This document shows positions 11,440 through 22,416 of a stretch of DNA of 64,000 nt, in pieces. The stretch spans positions 1,612,001 to 1,676,000 of the forward strand of contig MU058687.1 of the NCBI GenBank assembly GCA_013265495.1, in the 5' to 3' direction. How positions within the stretch are numbered: position 1 is the first letter of the stretch; the number at the start of each line of letters is the position of its first letter. This DNA comes from Vicugna vicugna. Taxonomy: Eukaryota. A program made the translations under genes and the position numbers. Below the pieces are notes generated by a model. The model had not been told where the DNA came from. It saw only the letters and a list, made by a program, of their open reading frames with translations, and made no database searches.

Positions 11440-13229
11440 GTGGGTAGAGGAGTTTGCAGTGTTCAAAGGAAGGGGCATCTTTGTGAGGCTGAGGGTTCAT
11501 TGTATCCAACTCTGCCACTGTGTGGACACTGTAGTTTTCTGAATTCAGCAGTGTTTGTGACTCTGGGTGACTGTGGCTGGGCGTGACTGATAGTGTGAGT
11601 GAGTGATTGTGACTGGGTGACCGGGTAAGAGAAGTGGGAGAAACAAAAGGAGGAGATTTATTCTGTCACCCACAGTTTCTCCTTTGCCAGCAGAAAGCAT
11701 GCTTCTGAAACACAGGCTGTTTTTATGATCTGATTCCTGAACTTTCTTCACCAGCTTGGACCTGTGGTTTCATGAAAGCTATTCTTTCTGCGGGCGCAGC
11801 CCCTGGGCGTCAGATATTCTGTGTCATCAGAATTTGGCAGGTGGTTTTTGCCTGTCCAACCAGGTTTCCTAGAGTGCAGCATCTCCTGCGCCACATGTAG
11901 TGGCAGAGCTGTGCCCTGATGATGTTTGGCAATGCTCTCACCTTCTTTTATGCTCAGCTGAAGCCAGGACAGTGGGGACAGTGTGCCAACCTCCTCCCCT
12001 GAGGGTTAGCGCCAAGTCCAGCAGGATGGAGTAGAAATCTTGCTCTGAATTTCCAAGGCCCAGAAACCTTGGAAAGGCCTGGGAAGCTCATATCTTAATC
12101 CTTTCTGTGTCTTCATTTTGGAAGGAGAAAAATTATTTTTATCTCAATGTGATTATGACCCAGAATGCTGGGCATGTTATGAATCTGATTGCCTTCTCCA
12201 AATATTTGAAGCAACTCTTTGTGGGGTCTGTCTTTATCTGGACCACTGCCTGGGCTCTCACTTCTTCCCAAGTGCATGCAGTTGTGGTTACACATCTAAC
12301 AAATGACCAGTAACCCTTAGTTCTTAGTGGCCTATTTTCTCTTACCTGTTCCTTGCATTTTTTTGTTTAGAAAGTTCTTATTTGGGTCAGGAATTTCCGA
12401 GCTTCTCCAAAGACAAATTTTCTTTCTGTTCCATTTCACCACCAGGAAGGTAACTTGAGCTAAATTTTTGCAAGCCAGTAAGTCTTACCACTTGGGTAAT
12501 AGTGTAAGCAGTCAGTCAAAGCATCAGACAGGCCTTCTTTAACACAAACAGGCAACATAGAATCCTTCACCTGGTTTTCTTTCACCTGTGGGTTTGAGTG
12601 TTCTAAAGACTGAATTGATTTGAGGGCTGCGGATGAGACAAATTGGATGTTTTTGTTCACGGCAAGTCAGAAATAGGTACTGGGGGTGACATTTACCAGC
12701 CCCCTATCCTTGAAGGTGATGTGATGGTGGATTTGAACATCTCTATTGAAGCTCTGCTGGCAGGTTTGACATTGTTGGTTTTTTCCTTTATAGGAGGGCT
12801 AAGCTGGGGAGTGATGGCAGGATTTTTCAAGCTTCCAGAGAGTTAAATCTCCTTATTCACAGCCCCAACAGGATTCAGACATTCCCAAAGCCATTGTTTG
12901 GGGAGGGCAGGAGAGCTAACCAGGCCCTCTGGTGGCTTGGTGAGATCAGAGAATTGAATACTTTTTTTAACTGTGGAGCAAAAACTAATACATTTTCAGA
13001 CCTCCTCCTCACACACCTATGAGAGAACTTAACTCTACATATATCTTTACAATTTAGTAAGAATAATTACTCATTAACCACCCATACTCCCCACCCTGGT
13101 CAGAAAATGTTAAAAATTTTACACTTAAAAACACCCTGACAGTATATTTTTGTATCACGGAGACATCAATTTAATTTGGTCTTTTAGGCTTACCCACTGT
13201 GCTAACTTCAAAAAAAAAAAAATGAGATT

Positions 13230-13395
13230 GGGAGGTATTGCTCAGTGGTAGAGCAATCCTTAACATGCACAAGGTCCTGGGTTCAATCCCCTGTACCTCC
13301 ATTTAAAAAAATAATAAAAACAAAATAAACAAACCTAAATAACTCCCTCTGCAAAAAATTAAGTGGTAAAATAAAACAAATGAAACAAAACCAAA
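13230..13395 (+). mobile_element. tRNA-derived SINE (Vic-1-like)
   Basis: gggaggtattgctcagtggtagagc...gtcctgggttcaatcccc...aaacctaa..., A-rich tail. Confidence 0.85.
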
Positions 13396-15037
13396 AATGA
13401 TGAAAAGCTGAATTGTTCATGCTCCCTCACATAGAGATGACAGTGTTTGGTTCTTGGCTTGTGTTTTAACCTTTCTTTCTGAGTAAAGCATGTTGAATGG
13501 AGGAGAAATATTAACAGAACACCTTGAGCTTTGCTGCTTAGGAAAAAAAGGCTCCACAAAGCGATCTAAGTAGATCACACACATCCTTCCACAGAGTAAC
13601 TCTTCGTGTCCCCAAACTTCACACTTAACAGCAAAACCCCTGTGCCCTGGTGATTCTGACCCCTCTCTCCTAGTGCTTCTGACCTGCTCCACAAGGCAGC
13701 AGCTTCTGCTTGCCTACATCCAACATTCATTCCTTCACGCATGCATTTACCCAGCTCTTGCCTTTGCTAGACACTGTGTTAGGGCTGCAAAGATTATCCA
13801 TACCTTCGCAAAGTTTTTGTACCAGACACCAAAATTCGGATTAAGAAAAAAACACATACACACAACCAGATGACAGTATTGAGGATTTGTTTCCAGTTCT
13901 CCACAAGGTTTTTAGTATCTTCTCTGTGTAACGGTACGGGAAGATTGAAGGGGAAGGAAGCTAATCTCTATCAAACACTTATTATGTGCAAAGTACTTTT
14001 CTTTTTTTAGGGTGGGCTAATCTGGCTTTATTAGATAATCAGTACATACAAAATGAGCAAATGGAAACTAGCTACAGAATCCTGCCATGATGTGCAAAGT
14101 ACTTTGTCATCCATTATTTTCCTTTTTCCAGCGCTTTGAGGTGGGGTGGGCAGATTTGCCCCTATTGTTACAGGTGAGGAACTTGAGACCCCAGTAAATG
14201 AAGGAACTTTATCCAGTGCCCTACAGGTGCTGAAAGCTGCAAACGATGTTTGAGGTAACTCCACCTCCAAAGCCCATGTCAGTGGGCCATTGTTGAGTCT
14301 TCATGTGGATGAAGCATATATTAAAAAAATAATAATAATAAGGCAGGATTTTGAGTTTCAAGTTTTAACCGTGTGTCTTGAGGGTTGTGGGTTGTCAGTG
14401 GTGATAGTGTCCAGTAGTTTCTCCTGAATTTGAAAGCTAGCACCTGCCATCTGTTTTGAAGCTCCAGGCACTGGGATTGCCTTTCACCGGCTGCCTTGCG
14501 GAGGGCTGGTTCTGGCTCTCTGAGCTCAGCAGGGAGAGCCTCAGGAAGGTGGGGCTCCCGGCTCTGGGGAAAAGAACCAGTGAGTCCTGAGCTGGGGTGA
14601 GAGAGGGCAGGGAGTCTTGGACCACAGCTGAGGTGCCTCCCTGTGTCCATGGCACAGGTGCTGACAGCCTGGCAGTGTTTAGCAACACTGGTTCCATTGT
14701 TTCCAGGGAAAATGATCTGTGCAGGGTTTGAGTGATGAGGACACATTGTTATTGAGCAAGACTGGGAAGAGAGCCTTCTGTGAGAGTCTGGTGACGGCTT
14801 GGTGGCACAGGACGAGAGAGATGTGGGAGCCGGAAGAGAACTTCAAGGCAGCTGTGGCCCCAGTGAGGAGCCTCCCGCGCTGAGACCAGAAAGGACTTCC
14901 TCTAGGCCCCTTGGGCTACTCCTAGCACAGCACCACCCAGAAAAAGTCTAGAGAGAATAAGTTTGCTTTTCAAGGTAAAGAAAATACAGTGACCTTAAAG
15001 AATGAGTTTTGTAGCAGCCACAGCTGGGCTGTGGAAA

Positions 15038-15316
15038 ATGTCCAGTAGAAATAGAATGAAAGCCACAGATGCATGCCACATATACAACTAAATTTTCTAG
15101 TAGCCACATTAAAAATAGGTAAAATGTAAATTTTTTAAAGTAAAAAGAGCAAGTGAAATTAGTTGTAGTACTATATTTATCTCAATATATCCAAGTTATT
15201 ATCTCAACATGTGATCAGTATAGTAAAATTACTAGGAAGCTGTTTTTCATTCTTTTTTCACAGTGAGTCTTTGGAAATCGGCATGTATTTTACACTTAGA
15301 GACTAGCCACATTTCC
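15038..15316 (+). mobile_element. MER33-like hAT-Charlie element
   Basis: tgtccagtagaaatagaatg...aaattttctagtagccacattaaaaa...gtattttacactta...gactagccacatttc. Confidence 0.8.
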
Positions 15317-15343
15317 CAGCAGGCCTGGAACACTGATGCTGTT

Positions 15344-15484
15344 TGTAGGGGAGGAAGAAGTTCCATTGACTCTCTTAGAGTCCCCATTTGAAAATTAAAC
15401 TGATGGCAGTGGGGAGGTATAGCTCAGTGGTTGAGTGTATGCCTAGCCTGCAGGAGGTCCTGGGTTCAATCCCCAGTACCTCCA

Positions 15485-15524
<40 letters not shown>

Positions 15525-16019
15525 AACTAATTATCTCCCCCTGGGGAAAAAAAAGAAAAAAAAAATTAAACTGACAAAGTCAGATGAACAGGAGAAAATC
15601 ATCCAGAACTAGTTAATATAAGTATTAGATGACAGGGAAGCCTTCATAAGACAATGAAGAAACGGTTAGACTTGTGCACTTTTGTGCCAGGTTTGATGGC
15701 GAGCGGACAGTCGTGGCGGGATAGGACAGGTTAAGGAGTGAGGTCACTGGTGAACTAGGGGAACCAAGCAAGGCCTGTTTGTCAGGAGTTTCAGAGGCAC
15801 GTCCCTTTGCCTTCAGAGAGAAGGCTGCTCCCTTCATCTAGGTACAAGGAGGGAACCTCCCACAAGAGAATTTTAAGGCTTCTTTCGGGGAAGTAGAGGT
15901 GGAAGGAAAGGAGGTCAGAGTGACTTTCCTGTTTCTCAATTCTCTCAAACTCCTCCAGCTTAAAATATTCATTATGCCAAGGTGCCGTATTTGGGGATTG
16001 CGTGTCCTGAACCCCATCA
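15344..16019 (-). mobile_element. ERV1-class solo LTR (MER34/MER39-like), interrupted by a SINE
   Basis: Minus-strand start tgatggggttcaggacacgcaatccccaaatacggcaccttggcataatgaatattttaagctg; TG...CA termini. Confidence 0.7.
15404..15561 (+). mobile_element. tRNA-derived SINE (Vic-1-like) with (TAAA)n, inserted in an LTR
   Basis: tagctcagtgg A box, ggttcaatcc B box; perfect 13-bp TSD aaaattaaactga at 15391-15403 and 15562-15574. Confidence 0.9.
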
Positions 16020-18449
16020 TATGTCAGGCATTTGGAAATCAGATTCTAGCAGATAAACATGGGCTCTGGGAAAGTGAGCCTGTCTGGGGGAGGTTGCATT
16101 TGCTGGGCTGGCTGATCACGTCTCACCCGGAGAGGCCAGGTATTTCTGAAGCTGACTCAAGAATCAAGGTCATGAGGCGGGTAGGCAGCCTCATCTTGTT
16201 TCAGATCATGGGCACTTACATGTGTTGAAGTCCAGGTTTATCGTTCTGGATGTTTGAATGTCAGAGACCTTTCAAGATCTGAGTGAAGTCTGGGGAGGTG
16301 AAGGCCAGCTCCTTTGCACTTTCGATGGTTATCATTGTCAAAGGACACAATGATAACCCACATGGCTGGTCCCTTGCTGGCCTCCCCTTCTGCACTGGGA
16401 GAGAGGACTAGGCAGGGGCTTAGGAGAATAGAGCGAGGCTAGTGGTGACTGAACTGAGAAGGGTGGGGTGCTTGTGGGGGCAGGCAAGTCATAGAAATGT
16501 GACAAAGGAAAAGTGACATTGGAGTGTGGTGGGGTCATGGCATCTGTGAGAGCACATGTCCCATCTACAGATGACAGCTGCCTGCACCCCTGCCAGCCAT
16601 TCATATAACCAGCAGGACCCAGTGTTGTCAGGGTATGTCATTTGGTTTTTCTTTAAAGAGATCCAGAAATCCAGATTTTTGTGTGAAATTTGTTTTTTTT
16701 TTAATTGTGGTAAAATAGACACAACGTATTTATAATTGTAGCATTCAGTGGCATTAATTTCACAGTGTATAATCATTACCACTGTCTATACCCAAAACTT
16801 TTTTTACCATCTCCAACAACTCTGTACCCACGAAATAACCCCCCCCCCAACGCAGCCTCTAGTAACCTCTGTTCTACTTTCTGCCTCTGAATTTGCCTGT
16901 TCTAGATACCTCATGTCACTGGAATCATGCAATATTTGTCATTCTGTGTCTGGCTTGTGCAATCTGTATTTAAATGTGGATAAAATTCAAAAGTTTATTA
17001 TTATCATATTCCATGTTCTGAAATTGTGGATCAGGTGAGACTTCTAGTGTGAGACTTCTGGGGAAGGTAAAGTGGAACTGGATTCCAGTTCTGCTTTCTC
17101 CTTTGTCACAAAGCCCTCACCAAAGATACGGGCAGGTGGATGAGCTCAGAGGCTGGTGACACCTGGGAGGGAACTAGCCCATGCCCCACCAAAATGGTCG
17201 CTGTTCCCCTCACTCAGGGGGCTAGGACACAGTACAGATGCCTGGGTCCCACATGGGCTTTCTAATCAGACTCTCTAGGGGAGGGGCCCAGGCTCCTGTA
17301 TTGTCAATTGACTTCTCAGGTGAGGCTAGTGGTGAGACTTTGAAATCCCTGGGAGTGAGGACCAGCGTGCCATGGGAAGGTACCCTCCTGCTTGGAGCCA
17401 CATTCTTGTCCGGGTGCTTTACTTTGTGTTTGCTCTATGACTAGGTGGATGCAGTTGAGATCTGAGCCACTTAATTCTTCAGATTGAGGGGAGAAGGGGC
17501 TTGGGGCAGGGCTCATAATTCTGATTCGCTTAAGGTTCTGAAAACATACTGGAAGCCCTGGGGGTGGGATGTGGCAGGGGAAGCCCTGAAGGTCTGTGAG
17601 GTGGAACCAAGGCAGATGCTCCTAATCCTTCTGTTTCTTTGACCTTCAACTCAGGGCACTGGAGGAGGCTCTGGCTGGCCTGGCCTGCCATATATCTTGG
17701 CCTTGGCGGGCATTCTTGAGGTGCCTGACCATTCCATGGAATCAAGTCTAAGTCTTCAGTTTAGCATTCCAGGACCCCTTCTCCCTCACCCTTCCTGTCC
17801 AGCCTGTCTCTTGTTCCCTCCCATCCTGTCTCTCTGCTCTTAACAGCCTGGCTCCTTAATTCTCTCTTTGAAGATACACTGCTTGGAGGAATAAGCCTTA
17901 AGCCTGGAAGAGTGACATCAGCCAGATGGTGGACCAGGAAGCTCCAGACCCTCGCTCCCCCACAGAAACATTCAATAAACTGAGGAACCTACATTGACAC
18001 ATAATTATTACCAGTTTTTTCAACAAATGGTATTAGGAAAACTATAAAACTCTTAGGCAAAAAGCTTCATGGTACTGGATTTGGTAGTGACACTGATGAT
18101 TTCTTGGATATGACACTAAAAACTTAGGCAGCAGCAACAACAACAACAAAATCAACTGAACTAAAAAATGTGTACATCAGAGGGCAAGCTCAGTAGGGTG
18201 AAAAGGCAACCCGTGGAATGGGAGAAACTGTTTGCAAATCATGTATCTAGTATATCTAGTGGGGGGCTAATATCCAGAATATGTAAAGAACTCCTACAGC
18301 TGAACAGCAACAACAAAATCAACCCAGTATAAAAATGAGCAGAGGACTTGTATGGACATCTCTCTCCAAAAATAAATACAAGTGGTCATTAAGCACATGA
18401 AAAGAAGCTCACCAGCAGAGGAATGCCAATCAGAATCACAGTGAAACGT

Positions 18450-18568
18450 GGGAGGGCGATAGCTCAGGGCTAGAGCTCCTGCTTAACATGCGCGAGGTCC
18501 TGGGCTTGATCCCCAGTACCTCTGTTAAGTAAGTAATTAATTAATAACCTAGAGAAGTAATGTTTTTA
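18450..18568 (+). mobile_element. tRNA-derived SINE (Vic-1-like) inserted in L1
   Basis: gggagggcgatagctcagg...gaggtcctgggcttgatccccagtacc; degenerate TSD aatcacagtga / aatcacaatga. Confidence 0.8.
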
Positions 18569-19072
18569 AAAAATCACAATGAGATGCCACTTCAAAGCCA
18601 TTAAGATGGTCATTAATAAGAAAAAGCTAAAAAGTTAACAAATACTAGCAAGGATGTGGAGAACTGGAACCCTTGTGCACAGTGGGAGCATAAAATGGTG
18701 CAGTCATATGGAAGGCAGTATGGCAGGTCCTCAAAAAATTGAAAATAGAATTACCAAGTGATTTAGCAATTCTGCTTCTTGGTCTACACCTAGAAGGACT
18801 GAAAACGGGAACTAGAACAGATCTTTGTACACCCTTGTTTACGGCGACATTCTTCACAATAGCTAAAAGGTGGAAGCAACCCACGTGTTCGTTTATGGAT
18901 GAATCGATAAACAAAATGTAATATATACATAGGACGGAATATCATTTATTCTTAAAAAGAAAGGACATTCTGACAAATGGTATCCGTGGAGGAACCCTGA
19001 AGACATTATTTTGAGTGACATAAGGGAGTCACAAAAGGACAGATACTGTGTGATTCCACCTCTGTGGGGTTT

Positions 19073-19789
19073 TGAGGTGTGTCCTTTTTTCAGACAGCCA
19101 CCAGTTCTCCAATTCTTCAACACTTATGCTTCAATTCAATTCAATTCTGACACCAGCTGCTTGGAGCAGTGCTGAGCCCAGAAGTTAAGGGCTCAGTCCC
19201 ACAAGACTCCCTCCACTTAAGATGCCATTTGCAAGTCCTGGGGGGCCACCCGGACTTCTGACTGACCCGCTATAAATTGGGGGTTCCCTTGAGCCCTATT
19301 CAGGCTCTATAATTTGCTAGAATGGTTCTCAGAACTCAGGTAAACACTTTACTTACTGCTTTTACTGGTTGATTGTAAAGGATGCAAATCAGGAGCAGCC
19401 GAATGGAGGAGATGCAAGGGCCTCTCTGGGTGTGCCCCACCTCCCAGCACTTTGATGGGAGTTGTTCACCAGCTGGAAGGCTCACTGAAATTCCTGGTTG
19501 AAGAGTTTTTCTAGAGCTCAATTTCCAGCCCCCTCTTCTTTTCAGGGGTGGAGGAAGGTGGGGCTGAAAGTTTCCAAAGTCTAATCACTTGGTCTTCTGG
19601 AGACCAGCTCCATCCTGAGGCTCTGTAGGGGCCCCAGTCTGTCACCTCATAGCGTTAACTCAGGTGTGATGGAAAGTGGTGCCTTATGAATAACAAAGGA
19701 CATTCCAATCACTCAGGAAATTCCTGGGTGTTTAGAATGTTGTGCCAGGAAACAGGGACAAAGACCACGTATATTTTTACTGTACCACA
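19073..19789 (-). mobile_element. MER21-like (ERVL-class) solo LTR nested in L1
   Basis: caattcaattctgacac, gttaagggctcagtcccacaagact and gctataaattgggggttccc motifs; TG...CA; 5-bp TSD ggttt/ggtat; L1 resumes in register. Confidence 0.78.
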
Positions 19790-21964
19790 GGTATCTCAAG
19801 TAATCAAATTCATAGAGACAGAATGTAGAATGGTGGTTGTCAATGGCTGGGGGAGAGGGGAGGGAATGGGGAGTTAGGGTTTAATGGGTATAGAGTTTCA
19901 GTTTGGGAAGCTGAAAGAAGTGCTGGAGATGGATGGAGGTGATGGTTGCACAGTAATATGAATGTATTTAATGCCACTGAACTGTACAGCTAAGAATAAT
20001 TAAAATGGTAAATGTTATGCTATGTATATTTTACCAGCAGAAAAAAAAAGGGGGAGACACAACTTGTGAGGTGTTCCCTTCTGGCTCGGTGTCTGGGTAC
20101 CTGCTCCCCTCCTGCCTTCATCTCATCAGTCTCTGTCCTTGAGGGATGCATTCCTTCCCCCACTGTGTGCTTGCTGAGTTTATGTAGATACTGACCTTTG
20201 TTTTCTGGGGGTTTCCCCGTCTTCCTTAATTTTTCTCCTGTCCCCTTCCCCTCTTCCTCCACCTCCTCCTCCCACTAAATGGGACACTTGTCAAAGGACT
20301 GGAACCTTGATAAATACATCTCTCCTGTATCTCAGGGCTCTGGGCATAACAGGAGCTTACAAGTGGATGGACAAATTCATAAACAGACATTCCCTTCATG
20401 AAAGGAGTTAAGGTGACTGCTCAGTTAGCTGAAAGCTCAAGAGGTTGAAATAAGGGACTGTCATGCCCGGATTGTCTGTCTGATGTGACTTCATCTTATT
20501 ACTTCAATGCAAAGAGCTATTAAGTCCTTACTGGGTGCCTTGATCTGTGCCAGGGTGTCTGAGAACACATCTTTAGTCCTGCTTTGTACTCATGGACAAG
20601 TCCTTTAACTTTTCTAACTTTTGGCTTCTTCTCTTGTAAGATGGAGACACTATTGGCTACTGCAGAAGGTGGGGGAGAGGAGTGAATGAGACAGCGAATG
20701 GAGGGCACTTAGGGAGCAGAGTTTATCAGCTAGAAAGTGCTACATGAAGACCAGATGCTGACACTACTGTCGACAGTCAAGGTCATTGGCTGCTGATTTA
20801 GAAGGAGAGGCCAGCACTTAAGCAGCACCATGTGGCAGGCTTAAGGATCCATGTGCGCAGGACGTTAAGGCATCACCGGGTGTGGGAGGACACACTGCAA
20901 AGTGAGTGCAGTGAGGAGCAAGAGGGACAGCTTCCCTGAGGAGGGGACGGTTATGAGCCGATTCGTAAAGAGTGAAGTGACCAGGAGTTGGGTGAGTAGG
21001 GGAAGGTAGGCCTTTCTGGAAGTTTCCAGGCAGTATCCTGATGGGGACTTCCCCTCTCGAGAGCTACTCAAGCCAAAGCTGTGCAGGTCCCGGGAGATGG
21101 TGTCATCTTCCCCACCCGTGGTTGACGAGACCTGTTGTCTGTGGTGAGGACTTTGGGGTCTCAGGGATGACAAGGATACTGGGCCAGCTCCCAGCCCCGC
21201 ACATCAGACCTGAGTCTTACAGACCTAAGCCCCAGCTGAAGGAAGTAGGGAGGGCAGGCTTATCAGGTGACTCAGCTGTTTTCCATGGCCTGATTCTTGA
21301 TCCTTATCCAACAGTGCTGTTAACAGGATGTCCTTCCCTTGACTTCACCTCCCCCGACTCCCAACATCAAACAGCCCCGTGTAGATTGCAGGATGAGGGT
21401 TGTTGGAACCCCTTCAGGGATGATAAGAGGTCACAAGTTTAAGGTGAAAGCTGACGTTTCCCCTCCTTTCTTTCTTCTCTGTCTCCTGACTGCTGTCTTG
21501 CATCATCCCAAACTTAGCCCAAGGGAGCATCTGCCTTCTCTGGTTCTGCAGGACTAAGGGCCTTGGTCTTTGCCAAGTCATTCAGAGCTGGGAGAGCAGC
21601 CTGCCGGCTCGGGCAGCCCACCTGGACTCTTCTGCCTCCCCACCTTATGCCAGGCAGCTCTCCTTTTTTCTGCTGTGCAAGAACTTTAGTTCGGCCTCTG
21701 AGCCCCACGTGGTTCAAGATGAGGCCTTACCCCAGCGTGAGGGCAGAGAGTGTGTGTTTGCAGGAGGGGGAGGTGGGAGGCAGGGCTGGACTTCCTTTGC
21801 TCACCAACTTTACGGATGAGACCGTGTGTCTCAGAACCATGTGTGGAGCGGTGTTTGCTTTGGCTCCCATCTGATTCTTTCTCTAGAGGCGAGGTGAACA
21901 CAAGTCCCTTTCAGTTCCAGGAGATCACTTTTTTCTTTTTTTGTAGTTTTTCTTTTTTTCCAGG

Positions 21965-22200
21965 TTTTTAAAACTTGAAGTAGAGTCAGTTTACAGTAAG
22001 GAAATTTCTGGCATACAGCATAAGGATTCAATTATACATATATACATTCCTTTTCATATTCTTTTTCATTATGGGCTATTACAAGGTATTGAATATAGTT
22101 CCCTGTGCTGTACAGTAGGACCTTGTTGTTTATCTATTTTATATATAGTAGTTAATATCTGCAAATCCCGAACTCCCACTTTATCCCTCCATCCCCAATC
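21965..22200 (-). mobile_element. Short L1 3'-end fragment (same family as 7239-8934)
   Basis: Colinear with 7245-7470 (agtcagtttaca...gaatatagttccctgtgct...). Confidence 0.85.
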
Positions 22201-22332
22201 CTTCTTGCTCCAGAAGGGACTGGCTCAGAACTTGGAGCAAGGTTGGGAGTTATTTTTCTTCCTTTTTTTTTTTTTCCCTTCTCCTCTCCCTTGGAAATTC
22301 CTGATTCCTGCCCCACATTGCTGTGTTGGCAG

Positions 22333-22416
22333 GGCCGGGTCTCCCCTGGTGACTCTGGAGCCGGCTATCTGTGCACAGGGCTATTTGCTATGTCTGTCTA
22401 CTCAGAAATGCAGGAA
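22333..22416 (+). CDS. FLVCR2: Candidate alternative FLVCR2 exon in intron 1: alternative first exon with ATG at 22390, or 84-nt in-frame cassette
   Basis: Strong donor GAA|gtgagt in phase 0; ATG at 22390 gives MSVYSEMQE in frame with exon 2; upstream CAG acceptor with ~80-nt AG-free zone, pyrimidine run and ctgAt branch-point-like motif. Confidence 0.45.

Larger units (their letters stand above)
18010..20050 (+). mobile_element. Old LINE-1 (L1MB-like) ORF2 end and 3' UTR, interrupted by a SINE and an LTR
   Basis: ORF KIELPSDLAILLLG...FTIAKRWKQPTCS; 3' UTR caaattcatagagacag...; A tail at 20041. Confidence 0.88.

Noticed and set aside
10870..11478. 202-aa antisense ORF over FLVCR2 exon 1
   Set aside because: Typical shadow ORF opposite a GC3-rich coding exon; no recognisable protein. 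An antisense non-coding transcript cannot be excluded.
11440..11586. ORF continuation past exon 1 (VGRGVCSVQ...)
   Set aside because: Read-through into intron 1; FLVCR2 similarity resumes at exon 2 (34081).
15404..15485. tRNA-like sequences here and at 5365, 13230 and 18450 as real tRNA genes
   Set aside because: Followed by a shared non-tRNA body and A tail, with TSDs: these are SINE heads.
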